A stretch of DNA of 64,000 nt from a candidate division WOR-3 bacterium (GTDB taxonomy: Bacteria; Hydrothermota; Tepidihabitantia; Tepidihabitantales; Tepidihabitantaceae). A program made the translations under genes and the position numbers. The notes under the pieces were generated by a model. The model was not told the DNA's origin. It ran no database searches and saw only the letters and a list, made by a program, of their open reading frames with translations. Each line of letters opens with the position of its first letter. Positions within the stretch are counted from its first letter, which is position 1. The stretch is taken from assembly GCA_965649295.1 (NCBI GenBank), contig CBFGKH010000006.1, positions 117,488 to 181,487 on the forward strand. Direction: 5' to 3'. Positions 1 to 9,128 of the stretch are shown piece after piece.

Positions 1-420
1 CTGAGCACTCGCACGGTCAGACCGGCAATATGTTTATCTTGGCCCAGCCGCCGCGCCGGCGATTCCTTTCCCGGCCGCAGAACCTTGCAGACCATTTATG
101 AAGACCGGTCGGGCAGAGCCCTGGCCGCGGCCGGTCGGCCAACTGCCCAGCCGGCTCGTTCAAGCTACTCTCAGCAATTATGACGCCCTAACCCGGTTCG
201 CAGTTGTCAGAGTAGAAAGCGGCAGTTCCAACTGCTCACTAGCCCAGCAGCCTGGGACAGGAGTCGGTTGCTCCCCGGGCAGACGGCTCGCTGCCCGCGG
301 CTAGGGCAGCAGACTGGTGACGAAATGCGCTATGACAGGATAGTATTCAGCTCCCATTGTCTCGGGCCGGTTGTAGTGCTCCACGCGTCCTCTTCAGTAT
401 CAGGCCAAGCCAGAAGTTGG

Positions 421-1863
421 CTACCGCTGCAAGACCACCTTCTGCGTGGCCCGGTAGTTGCCAGCCGCAAAGCGCACAAGATACACGCCCGGCGGCAGTA
501 GCCGGCCGGTCGCATCACGACCGTCCCACCACGTATTCGGCGCGCATAGCAACCGCACCAGCCGGCCCGTACCATCGTACACCCCAATCGCACCGGCCTG
601 ACTTGGGGTCGAGATGTGGAACGACCCGCGGCCGACGCCGGGACGAACCGAGATACGCTCCGCTGCCACCGACTGCTCCCCACCAAGCGCAACCGGATAC
701 GGCGCGTTCCACCAGCACCCGTTCAACCCTGCTCCAACAAAGACGCAGCCCGCACCGGTAAACGGCCCACCCGGCAAATAGCAAAGCTTTGGCCGCACCT
801 CGGAGCCGGTTCCGACGCTGCCTTGATTGATGAGCAGAGTATCCGACCATTGGGTCGGGCTGGCCGCGTGAACGAAACGACGGTGAACACGCCGGACTAT
901 GTCATCATCAACGATGTAGGAGGCGTTGACGTATTGGTTGCCGGGACTCGTGTAGTTCCGCAAGTCAGGAAAGCATTCATCGTACGCTGCCGTGCCGGCC
1001 AGAAAGGCCGGCGCAGACCAGGCAATACCGCCGTTCGTTGAGAAGCTGTACTTGATGTCCCAGTCGCCCGAGTTCTGGTAGTCTTGTGACCAGAGCATCC
1101 AGACCGTGGCGGCTGATTCGGGCTGCGTGAACGCGGCCGCGACGACCGGGTCTGCCACCTCATCCGAGTCGGTAGTCACGAGGCCGTACTCCCACGCACT
1201 CGCGTTCAGATACTGGCGGTTCGTCCAGATGTGAACCGCACCGCCCTGCCAGCGGCTGTGCGCTGCAAAGTAGATACGCGAACCCGCGCCAGCCGCGAGG
1301 TATGGGTCACGGACTTGAACCGCATAGCTGTCAACGAATGCCCAGCTGCTGCCGTAGTCAACCGATCGCAGGAACCGAAGCGCCCGGTATCCACCCACTG
1401 CCTGCGGGTTAGTAACTGCCGCATAGAGCCAGTAGTCCGAACCGGTATAGTCACGGCAGAATGCGAAGTCGGTAATAGTGTCGGGCCCGACCGCCACCGG
1501 CGACTGCACCGGCATACCGCCTTCGTTGTAGCGAATCTGCCACAGGTCGCCTCCCTGGTAGTTGATGAGGTAGAACAAGTGAATCGCGCCGGAGTCGCCC
1601 TCACCAACCACGAGCTGCAGCTTGTCGAAGAGGTCGCCGGCCCGCCGCAGCGAGAAACGCGCTTCCCACGCTCTTCCGTATCCGAGCGACTTGTACAGGT
1701 AGGTTGTGCTGTCCTCGAGCACGGTGAATGCAACCCACATCGTGCCGTCCATTTCGTAGTCAGCAGCCGTGGCCACGACGGTCCCGCTGTGTATCAGTAC
1801 ATCAGGTTCCGGCCAGGCAGCAGCCGGCGTGAACAACAGAAACGCAAGCAGTAGCTGCTTCAC
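421..1863 (-). CDS. Secreted BNR/Asp-box repeat (sialidase-like beta-propeller) protein with C-terminal FlgD-Ig/T9SS-like sorting domain
   Basis: Signal peptide (KQLLLAFLLFTPAAA); Asp-box motifs YKSLGYGRAW, LRSVDYGSSW, FSTNGGIAW; C-terminal WDGRDATGRLLPPGVYLVR. GTG at 1863 chosen because SD GGAGG lies about 5 nt upstream. Confidence 0.8.
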   Translation of the reverse strand: MKQLLLAFLLFTPAAAWPEPDVLIHSGTVVATAADYEMDGTMWVAFTVLEDSTTYLYKSLGYGRAWEARFSLRRAGDLFDKLQLVVGEGDSGAIHLFYLINYQGGDLWQIRYNEGGMPVQSPVAVGPDTITDFAFCRDYTGSDYWLYAAVTNPQAVGGYRALRFLRSVDYGSSWAFVDSYAVQVRDPYLAAGAGSRIYFAAHSRWQGGAVHIWTNRQYLNASAWEYGLVTTDSDEVADPVVAAAFTQPESAATVWMLWSQDYQNSGDWDIKYSFSTNGGIAWSAPAFLAGTAAYDECFPDLRNYTSPGNQYVNASYIVDDDIVRRVHRRFVHAASPTQWSDTLLINQGSVGTGSEVRPKLCYLPGGPFTGAGCVFVGAGLNGCWWNAPYPVALGGEQSVAAERISVRPGVGRGSFHISTPSQAGAIGVYDGTGRLVRLLCAPNTWWDGRDATGRLLPPGVYLVRFAAGNYRATQKVVLQR

Positions 1864-1875
1864 TTGCACCTCCCC

Positions 1876-2418
1876 TCAGCGCTGCAGAACTATCTTCTGG
1901 GTCGCGCGGTAGTCGCCGGCAGAGAACCGCACGAGATACACGCCGGCCGGCAGTAGCCGGCCGCACCCATCGCTGCCGTCCCAGGCAACACTGTGCGAGC
2001 CACGCCTGACACTCGACGCCAGAAGCTGACGGACGACGCGACCGATCAGGTCGTGTACGGCCAAGAGGACCGGACCATCGCCGGCCAGCGAGTAGCGGAT
2101 GACCGCCTGACTCCGGGTCGGATTCGGCGCGACCGTCTCCAGCCGCGTGACCAGCACCGCTCCGCCCGCTCTAACCTCGCCCGGTTCTTGAATGCCAACA
2201 CCGTAGTCCGGCAACCAGAACCCGGCAAAGACCGCAAGGCCCGATGCAGTCGAGAGACCAACTGCAGTCTGGCCAGCGGTCGAGCCGGACTTATATGCGC
2301 TCGAACTCATCTCGCCGCCGGCAATCCCGTTCACGGCCCAATCACAGCGATAGGACTGGGCGAGACAAACAGCAGCGAAGACTGTGACGAGCACCATCGA
2401 AACCAGCTTTGACTTCAC
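1876..2418 (-). CDS. Small secreted protein: Gly/Ser-rich N-terminal module (DWAVNGIAGG..GSTAGQ..AGFW) plus FlgD-Ig/T9SS-like C-terminal domain
   Basis: Signal peptide; PNP..IRYSL..WDGSDGCGRLLPAGVYLVR C-terminal domain; GTG at 2418 follows SD GGAGGT. Confidence 0.8.
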   Translation of the reverse strand: MKSKLVSMVLVTVFAAVCLAQSYRCDWAVNGIAGGEMSSSAYKSGSTAGQTAVGLSTASGLAVFAGFWLPDYGVGIQEPGEVRAGGAVLVTRLETVAPNPTRSQAVIRYSLAGDGPVLLAVHDLIGRVVRQLLASSVRRGSHSVAWDGSDGCGRLLPAGVYLVRFSAGDYRATQKIVLQR

Positions 2419-2444
2419 TGTTACCTCCATCGGGTCACTTCCCG

Positions 2445-4463
2445 CTATCTCTCTATCGGCTCCGGCAGCGGTAGCTGCTCAGTTGTGCCGGTAACCGACG
2501 CCGGAGTCGCGGCGGTTGCCGTTTCAAGCGGCCCTGGCGCTTCGGGCAAACGGAGACCCTCGTTGCCCTTCCATTTGGCGAGCACCCGCCAGGAGAATCG
2601 GGCATCGCTCTGCCCGCCCTGTAGCTCATAGACGTCGAACCCGGTCGCGTTCTTTTTCACATAGACGCCTCGGCAGTCATCTTCGAGCTGAACAAAGACC
2701 TTGAGCGGATGCTCGTCATTGACAGTAATGCAGTCAACGAAGACCGGTTCGAGATTGATGCGGCAGTGGCCGTTGACCAGTTGTCCCACACCGGCGTCCT
2801 CGAAGTAGGGTTCAGGCATCTCCGGCGCAAACAGGGTCTTGCGGCCATCCCGCGTCGCCATGATTGTACTCACCGTGCCGTTGCCAAGTATCTTGTAGTT
2901 GGTCGTGCCGTTGTAGTAGCTGACATAGGCATACGCACCGTAGCCGTTTGAGAAGTAGCCACCCTGGCCCACCCCAGTGCTGCTGGCACGGCCGTAGATG
3001 CCACAGCTTGTTCCCACACCAGCCACGCCGCTGCCCGCGGTCAGATACGATCCGGGTGAACCCTGGCCTGTTGCCAATAGCCCGGTACCAGAGGAGTTCT
3101 GGTTGCCGGCAAACAGACCAAAACCGGTCGGGCTGTTGGCCAAGCCGTAGATGCCGTAGCAACCGCCCGAAGTGTTCGTGGCGTAGCCGCAGGCGCCATA
3201 GACAGTGCCGGTAAAGGCACCGCCCGCACCACTGGACGGGTTCTCAAAAAAGCTGACGCCATTGCCAACGCCAATGACGCCGGTGCCGTTTGTCGCGTTG
3301 GCTTTTAGATAGCCGCCCTTACTGCTACCGACAAAGGCGCCGCCGCAGCCGCCAGTCGGCACGCTGATGCTCTGCCCCTGACCAGCGCCGACTATGCCAA
3401 CCCCACTGGCATTGCCATTGTAACCTGCCACACCGTAGCAGCCCGAGGTGTTAGTCTGGCCATAGACACCGTCGGCCACTGTTCCGCCACTGCCATACAC
3501 ACCAGGATAGGACGAGGTCCCCGACTGTCCATACACACCCGCAGCATAGGTTCCGCCATTGCCGTAGATGCCCGGTGCCGCACTCGAATTGGCCACGCCG
3601 TAGAACTGACCTGCCCGGCACGTGCCACTCATCCAGAAATTGCCGGTCTGGGCACTGGCATACTGATTGCGAATATAGCGGTCATCACCCCAGACCGAGT
3701 CAAACCGCACCGTGCCAGTGGTCGTAATTGGGTTGGGCGTGCAGACCACGCCAGCACCCTGACTGACACTAGTAACCGTGCCGCCACCCGACACTCCAAC
3801 GCTGTCGTTTGCCGGAACCCACGCCGAACCACTCCACTTCATCACCTGACCGGTCGAGGCGCCCATCCGCCCAAGGTCAGCAGCCGCAATCGTGCCGTCG
3901 CTAATCATCGCCGATGTCACCGCGCCAGCCTGCCCTTCGTTGACATACCGGCTGTCAAGCGCAGTCGTGTCCTTGCCCTGCAGCAGGTCAGCATTCGCCG
4001 CCCGCTCGCTGAGATACGCATACGCGGCACTAGCGATTTGCAGACGCGGAGCCAATTCTGCGCCACCACCAACCGCCATCCCCAGATAGACCGCTCCTCC
4101 GTCCGGTATCGTACCGATTGGTGTCACTGATCCAAGCAGCACCGAAAAGAGCCCAGCTCGGGTGCGCACACTCTGAGTTTCCTCCCAGAACTGGGTCCCG
4201 CCGCTCGGCTGACTGTACAGCCGGAACCGTATTGAGTAGAGCGTGTCTGCCACCGGCAGGCCCAAGGTGTCGGTCAGCTTGCCTTGATACGACAGCAGCC
4301 GCGGTATCGTGATGGCATCAGTGCCGCCGACAACTGCCGATGACAGACGTTGGGTCTCGTTGTTCTGCCATCTGACTTCTGGCTTCTCGCCTCTGGCTTC
4401 ATTCTGTGCCACAGCCAATACTACAGCCGTCGCCAGCACGAGCATCGTGACTCTCTTCATCAT
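2445..4463 (-). CDS. Secreted tail-fibre-like protein 1 (YQGKL N-terminal domain, Gly-rich GVYG repeats, phage-fibre-like C-terminal domain)
   Basis: Signal peptide; LLSYQGKLTD..YSIRFRLY; ANADLLQG and GQVMKWSGSAW fibre motifs; many GVYG/GIYG repeats; C-terminal PEPYFEDAGVGQLVNG..VFVQLEDDCRGVYV..GFDV..FSWRVLA. SD AGGAG overlaps the upstream stop. Confidence 0.75.
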   Translation of the reverse strand: MMKRVTMLVLATAVVLAVAQNEARGEKPEVRWQNNETQRLSSAVVGGTDAITIPRLLSYQGKLTDTLGLPVADTLYSIRFRLYSQPSGGTQFWEETQSVRTRAGLFSVLLGSVTPIGTIPDGGAVYLGMAVGGGAELAPRLQIASAAYAYLSERAANADLLQGKDTTALDSRYVNEGQAGAVTSAMISDGTIAAADLGRMGASTGQVMKWSGSAWVPANDSVGVSGGGTVTSVSQGAGVVCTPNPITTTGTVRFDSVWGDDRYIRNQYASAQTGNFWMSGTCRAGQFYGVANSSAAPGIYGNGGTYAAGVYGQSGTSSYPGVYGSGGTVADGVYGQTNTSGCYGVAGYNGNASGVGIVGAGQGQSISVPTGGCGGAFVGSSKGGYLKANATNGTGVIGVGNGVSFFENPSSGAGGAFTGTVYGACGYATNTSGGCYGIYGLANSPTGFGLFAGNQNSSGTGLLATGQGSPGSYLTAGSGVAGVGTSCGIYGRASSTGVGQGGYFSNGYGAYAYVSYYNGTTNYKILGNGTVSTIMATRDGRKTLFAPEMPEPYFEDAGVGQLVNGHCRINLEPVFVDCITVNDEHPLKVFVQLEDDCRGVYVKKNATGFDVYELQGGQSDARFSWRVLAKWKGNEGLRLPEAPGPLETATAATPASVTGTTEQLPLPEPIER
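3820..4315. repeat. Dispersed direct repeat copy 1 (coding N-terminal domain of fibre 1)
   Basis: Long stretches match 7310-7802 by eye, e.g. gccgcaatcgtgccgtcgctaatcatcgccgatgtcaccgcgcc. Confidence 0.85.
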
Positions 4464-4469
4464 CTCTCC

Positions 4470-5984
4470 TTACTGCCCAATCAGGGCAAAGCTCTTTGAG
4501 CAAGCAGCGGTCCCGCCGAGTCGGCAGAAGTAGCTACCGGCCGGCACTCTTCTCCGTCCATCATCCGTTCCATCCCACCAGGTCCAGCATTCCTGCCCGG
4601 TGCCGCGCACAGCAAGCCGCCTCACGTTCCGGCCCAAGGCATCGCTGATGAGCAGACTGCCGTCTGCACCAGCCGGGAGTTGCCAGCGCAGCCACGCGCC
4701 GCCGGGTGCCGACCGAACCGCCAGCACGACGTCCGCTGCCAGCGGTGCAGACTCGACGACGCCGGTGCTGTCACCCTCAATCGTCGCGCGCCACGCGAAT
4801 CGCCAGCCACCGGTCTCGACCAGCTGCGTGGCCACCGCCACCAGGACAATCGTGTCATACTGCCATCCCGGAATGACAATCGAACCGGTATCAAGCGAGT
4901 TCGGTAGCAATATGCGGTATTCACGCGGTATCGAGCCAAGTCCCAGCACATAGACGTCCCAGGTGCGGCCATCCTCACCGTCAAAGAAAATTCGCACCCG
5001 ATTCTGACCAAAACCGGTGAACCCGACAAACTTGCAGCCACCGGGAGCTTCTGGCAACCGGTCGGTGGCTGAATCAATGACCGGATACTGGGCGTACCAG
5101 TGATAACACCGACTCGTCTGCCAGTCCTCGGCATCCTGGAAGTGACGGCTGTCGTCGCGGCTGCCCGTGAACCAGCGCCAAATCGCATAGTGCCCCAGCG
5201 CCCGCTCCATTGTTGAGCTGTAGTAGTTGTAGAGCGCAACCCAGGTGCCCCACCAGGTGTTCTCGCCACCCTGCGCGCCGAGTTGCTCCCAGACCCGGCG
5301 CGGACAGACCGGGTCTGCATAGTATTCGTGCAGGAACCTAGGCCAAAGCCAGCCCGGATAGGTGAATCGGCTCAGTCGAAAATGGGTGCTGTCCAACGGA
5401 TGGCGAAAACCGTTAAGCCACCACGCACCGAATCCCCAGCCTTCCATTGTCCAATCGCTCATCCACTCGGCAGTGTTCTCGTAGAACGATGTAATCTCCA
5501 CTCCGCTGTAGCGAGCCTGGCAGGCGTGATTGAACTCATGGGCGATGACCAACCGCAAACCACTCCAGTTCAGACCAGTCCTGATTTGAATAAAACAGGT
5601 CCAGCCATCAGGGTAGGGTTCATCATACTGGTCTTCCGGCGATGTCAGTCCGTCCCAAGCGCTCGTATCCACAAGATAGACGTCGAGCCTGCTGTCCGGC
5701 CCTTGCTGGTCTGGTGCTGGCGCGGCCCATCCCAGGGTATCCACCTGGCGCCACCAAGCGCGAGCGACATACGAGCTGGCTGACTCGGCATAGGCATGCG
5801 TCGTTGCGTGCCGACCAGTCGTGTCATAGTGAACCCAGCAGCTGCCGCTGCCAGTCCGGCACTGACCAACTGCTGGCCGGTGGGCCAAAATGCCGGCGCG
5901 AAACTGGTCAAGCCGCTCCGGTGTTCCGCAGACCAGCCCGCCAGACGGCGCTGCCAGTAACAGAACCGCCAGCAGCGCGCTCAC
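4470..5984 (-). CDS. Secreted zinc metalloprotease (HExxH, MXAN_6640-like) with FlgD-Ig/T9SS-like C-terminal domain
   Basis: IAHEFNHACQ zincin motif and downstream FYENTAEW; C-terminal WDGTDDGRRRVPAGSYF. GTG at 5984 overlaps the upstream TGA (GTGA) and precedes a signal peptide. Confidence 0.8.
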   Translation of the reverse strand: MSALLAVLLLAAPSGGLVCGTPERLDQFRAGILAHRPAVGQCRTGSGSCWVHYDTTGRHATTHAYAESASSYVARAWWRQVDTLGWAAPAPDQQGPDSRLDVYLVDTSAWDGLTSPEDQYDEPYPDGWTCFIQIRTGLNWSGLRLVIAHEFNHACQARYSGVEITSFYENTAEWMSDWTMEGWGFGAWWLNGFRHPLDSTHFRLSRFTYPGWLWPRFLHEYYADPVCPRRVWEQLGAQGGENTWWGTWVALYNYYSSTMERALGHYAIWRWFTGSRDDSRHFQDAEDWQTSRCYHWYAQYPVIDSATDRLPEAPGGCKFVGFTGFGQNRVRIFFDGEDGRTWDVYVLGLGSIPREYRILLPNSLDTGSIVIPGWQYDTIVLVAVATQLVETGGWRFAWRATIEGDSTGVVESAPLAADVVLAVRSAPGGAWLRWQLPAGADGSLLISDALGRNVRRLAVRGTGQECWTWWDGTDDGRRRVPAGSYFCRLGGTAACSKSFALIGQ

Positions 5985-7921
5985 TTCAGCCCCGTAACCG
6001 CTCGTTCTGTCGGAGACGGCGCCGACTGGCAACGCCGACCAACCGCAATCCAGTCGAATGTCACTTCCGCCCCCTCGTCCGACTCGACCCGGAATCCGGC
6101 CACACTCTTGGCCGCCACCCAGACTCCTTTGCAGCGCGATGTCGGTGTGACCGTCACCTGCAGCCCTTCACCTTCCAGCGCCTGACTGAACCCAATCGGG
6201 AACTCCACTTCGGCCCTGCCATCAGCCAGTCGGGCCGAACCCGAGGCCACGACCTGTTGCTCTTGTCCAATCAGCCCATAGCCGGTCACGCCATCTGCCA
6301 GCCAGGTCTGCCAACCACCGGTGGCGTAGCCGTGTCCCTGCACATAGAAGCCGCGAATGCCAGCACCAGTACCGGTGTTGTTATAGGCGGTCAGGGCGTA
6401 GTTGTCGTTGTTGTTGTTCCGAAAGTGGCCGCCCGCACCGTTGTTGCTGTTGGCATAGACACCGTAGCTACCGGCATTGGAGACAAGCACGCCCATCGCA
6501 TTGGCGTTCGGCGTGTACAAGGCGTAGTTGGCATTCGTCACCTGCACGCCGTCGTCTCCCGCACTTGCTATCTGGATGCCGTCAATGCTTGCCGTGCCGA
6601 CGACCACCCCGAACTGCGCTGAATTGATGCGGAAACCCTGATTGGCGGTATCAACCTGCACGCCGGTCGAGTCCGCCTTCAGCACACGCACGCCATCCTT
6701 GCGCGCCCGCTGCACATAGGCGCCGTGAGCATTGGCCCGCGCCACGTGCAGCCCGTGCGCGCCAGCCCGGTCAATCGCGAACCCGGACCAGCCGCAGGAA
6801 TCGGCGTGAAACCCGTGATGCCCGCTGAACCCGGCATCGAAGCCGTTCATAGTGACAGCGGTGTCAACCTGCACGCCGGTCGTCTGCGCTCGCACGACCT
6901 CGATGCCATCGGCACCGGCGCGGCCGACATACACACCTTCCCAGCCAGTGTTCCCTATCCAAATGCCCAACGACTGGGCCGAGTCAATCCGCAAGCCGTT
7001 GCCTTGTGACGCCAGAACCTGGACGCCGTTCTGCGTTGCCCGCTCTACAAACAGCCCGGCCTGGGCACTGTCCACGCGCACGCCGAACAGACCGGCTCGA
7101 TCCACGGTCAGGCCGTTGTAGCTTGAGCGCCAGACCCGCATCCCGTAGTCACCGGCACGAATCACCGCGATTCCGCCGCCCGCGCCGCTGTTGTTCGCCA
7201 GCAGCACCGCGCCGGTTCCGGCCACCGCCGCATCAAGCGTGCAGGGCTTGACAATATCACTGCCGCGCACCGGCCCGGCACCGATCCCGATGCTGTCATT
7301 ACGCGGCTGCCACGCCGAGCCGGTCCACTTCATCACCTGCCCGGTCGCAGCGCCCATCTGCCCAAGGTCACTAGCCGCAATCGTGCCGTCGCTAATCATC
7401 GCCGATGTCACCGCGCCGGCCTGCCCTTCGTTGACATACCGGCTGTCAAGCGCAATCGTGTCCTTGCCCTGGAGCAGGTCGGCATTCGCTGCCCGCTCAC
7501 TCAAGTAGGCATAGGCCGCGCTCGCTATCCGCAGCCTCGGAGCCAGCTCGGCGCCGTTCACCGCCATCCCAAGATAGACCGCACCTGCGTCCGGCACCGT
7601 GCCGATTGGTGTCACCGACCCAAGCAGCACCGAGAATAGCCCGGCTCGGGTGCGCACGGACTGGGTCTCCTCCCAGAACTGGGTACCGCCGCTTGGCTGG
7701 CTGTACAGCCGGAAGCGAACCGAGTAGAGCGTATCTGCCACCGGCACCCCCAAGGTGTCGGTCAGCCTGCCTTGATACGATAGCAATCGGGGAATGGTAA
7801 TATTGTCGGTCGCGAAAGTTACCGCGCCTGCCTGGCGAGACAACCCCGGCTGCTCCAAATGAGCACTAGCCAGCGCCAGCACCCAAAGCGACAGCAGTAT
7901 CAGCACGTTCCGTACGACCAT
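5981..7921 (-). CDS. Secreted tail-fibre-like protein 2 (paralog of 2445-4463) with 10-11-aa beta-repeat shaft
   Basis: ATG at 7921 after SD AGGGAGG; N-terminal domain nearly identical to fibre 1; repeats G-hydrophobic-x-V-x-x-A; C-terminal VVASGSARLADGRAEVEFP..VTVTPTSRCKGVWV..GFRVES..FDWIAVG. Confidence 0.75.
   Translation of the reverse strand: MVVRNVLILLSLWVLALASAHLEQPGLSRQAGAVTFATDNITIPRLLSYQGRLTDTLGVPVADTLYSVRFRLYSQPSGGTQFWEETQSVRTRAGLFSVLLGSVTPIGTVPDAGAVYLGMAVNGAELAPRLRIASAAYAYLSERAANADLLQGKDTIALDSRYVNEGQAGAVTSAMISDGTIAASDLGQMGAATGQVMKWTGSAWQPRNDSIGIGAGPVRGSDIVKPCTLDAAVAGTGAVLLANNSGAGGGIAVIRAGDYGMRVWRSSYNGLTVDRAGLFGVRVDSAQAGLFVERATQNGVQVLASQGNGLRIDSAQSLGIWIGNTGWEGVYVGRAGADGIEVVRAQTTGVQVDTAVTMNGFDAGFSGHHGFHADSCGWSGFAIDRAGAHGLHVARANAHGAYVQRARKDGVRVLKADSTGVQVDTANQGFRINSAQFGVVVGTASIDGIQIASAGDDGVQVTNANYALYTPNANAMGVLVSNAGSYGVYANSNNGAGGHFRNNNNDNYALTAYNNTGTGAGIRGFYVQGHGYATGGWQTWLADGVTGYGLIGQEQQVVASGSARLADGRAEVEFPIGFSQALEGEGLQVTVTPTSRCKGVWVAAKSVAGFRVESDEGAEVTFDWIAVGRRCQSAPSPTERAVTGLK
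7310..7802. repeat. Dispersed direct repeat copy 2 (coding N-terminal domain of fibre 2)
   Basis: See copy 1; differences are mostly synonymous. Confidence 0.85.
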
Positions 7922-8014
7922 GGCGGTTCCTCCCTTGGTCGAACTAGCTCCTGCCTTCCGACACGTCCATGCTGCGGACCGGCCACGGCCCAGACCCGGC
8001 CCGAGTGACAAGCC

Positions 8015-8042
8015 AATCTAAACCAATGACGAGAAAGGTCAA
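8015..8042 (-). promoter_or_regulatory. Sigma70-like promoter of the fibre operon
   Basis: TTGACC-N16-TAGATT on the minus strand, about 90 nt upstream of ATG 7921. Confidence 0.55.
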
Positions 8043-8054
8043 GTAGGAACAGGA

Positions 8055-8083
8055 TTGCCCGGAGCCTGCTCTTTCCGTATAAT
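8055..8083 (+). promoter_or_regulatory. Sigma70-like promoter of the small membrane protein gene
   Basis: TTGCCC-N17-TATAAT, divergent from the fibre operon promoter. Confidence 0.55.
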
Positions 8084-8114
8084 AATTAGCTGGCTAGGTT
8101 GGATAGGAGTGGAT

Positions 8115-8369
8115 ATGTCAAACAACCTCTCAGACCGCTTTGCCTTTGATGCCGAACGGCTGCGCCGCATCCGCGCCATCGAGGAACAGACCGAGCCCGG
8201 CTACCGCCCCAATCGCGATTTCTATTCTTACCTGCGCTTGTTCCTCGTGCTCGTCCTGATTGGGATTGCGGTCGGCTACCTCTACGTCCACCGCGAAAGC
8301 GTCATCGAATGGGTCCGCCAACCAGTGGCAAAGCCACCGGTTGACACCCTGCCGGCCGACGATTTCTAA
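8115..8369 (+). CDS. Small single-pass membrane protein (84 aa)
   Basis: SD AGGAG before ATG 8115; transmembrane segment LFLVLVLIGIAVGYLYV. Confidence 0.7.
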   Translation: MSNNLSDRFAFDAERLRRIRAIEEQTEPGYRPNRDFYSYLRLFLVLVLIGIAVGYLYVHRESVIEWVRQPVAKPPVDTLPADDF

Positions 8370-8384
8370 CGGTAACGGCAGCGG

Positions 8385-8945
8385 CTAGTGCAGCCGCTCC
8401 AGATACTTGCCGGTGGCGACGTCAATCCGAATGCGGTCGCCGTTCTTGATGAACTGCGGCACTAGCACTTCAAGTCCGTTCTCGATTGTCGCCGTCTTCG
8501 GTGCGGCATTGGGATCGCCGTGCAGGGCCGGCCCAGTTGCCGTCACCACCACATCAACTGTCCGCGGCAGAACCGCATCCAGCGGCTCACTGCCCAAAAA
8601 CTCAAACTGCAGTCGGCACCCGTCAGTCACAAACCGCTCGTAGTTGCCAAGCATCTGTCTCGGGATGGCGATATCCTCAAAAGTCTCGGGATGGAGAAAA
8701 TGAAACGTATCGGCATCACGATAAGAGTAGTCCAGCCAGACCGTCTCCACCGCAATGTCCTCAACCTTGGCCTCCGGATGAAGGCGTTGTTCGGTCTGGG
8801 TGTGGGTGCGAAGATTGCGCAGCCGGACATGAACCGAACTCGGCAGCTTGGCCGTCCCGACCTTGAGCTCGGCGTGCAGCACCTTATACAGCTCGCCATC
8901 AATTCGGACACACATCCCATCGCGCAGGTCTGCTGCCTTAATCAT
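8385..8945 (-). CDS. efp: Elongation factor P family protein, divergent loop
   Basis: MIKAADLRDG..IDGELYKV, VRLRNLRT, KTATIENGLEVLVPQFIKNGDRIRIDVATGKYLER. Loop is VGTAKLPS rather than PGKG. Promoter TTGACA-N17-TAGGCT and SD AGGAG. Confidence 0.85.
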   Translation of the reverse strand: MIKAADLRDGMCVRIDGELYKVLHAELKVGTAKLPSSVHVRLRNLRTHTQTEQRLHPEAKVEDIAVETVWLDYSYRDADTFHFLHPETFEDIAIPRQMLGNYERFVTDGCRLQFEFLGSEPLDAVLPRTVDVVVTATGPALHGDPNAAPKTATIENGLEVLVPQFIKNGDRIRIDVATGKYLERLH

Positions 8946-9128
8946 ACACGCTCCTAGTTACCTGACCCAGCCTAGCCGACGCCAGACACGCTGTCAAAGA
9001 GAACTGCCGCCAACTCCGTACGATATCGGTCAATTCTCAGCCCCGCCAACGACCGTGGCTAAGCTCCAACCGTCGCCATAGCTGTGTGCTCAGAAGACCA
9101 TGGCCTGTTCTCGATGTTTCTGGCTGGA

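Noticed and set aside
1-420. Possible fourth periodic array (the minus strand begins aacttctg, like the A and B heads) and a short partial ORF at 1-95
   Set aside because: The phases I tested gave no consistent 12-nt pattern, similarity stops after 8 nt, and the partial ORF has no recognisable motif or SD.
2445-7921. Prophage or tailocin, suggested by the tail-fibre-like proteins
   Set aside because: Both fibres have Sec signal peptides, and no capsid, terminase, sheath, baseplate, integrase or lysis gene is present.
7922-8010. c-di-GMP-II riboswitch in the fibre operon leader (GGAGCTAGT)
   Set aside because: Only a 9-nt match; the GGGCAC/GUGC pseudoknot elements are missing.
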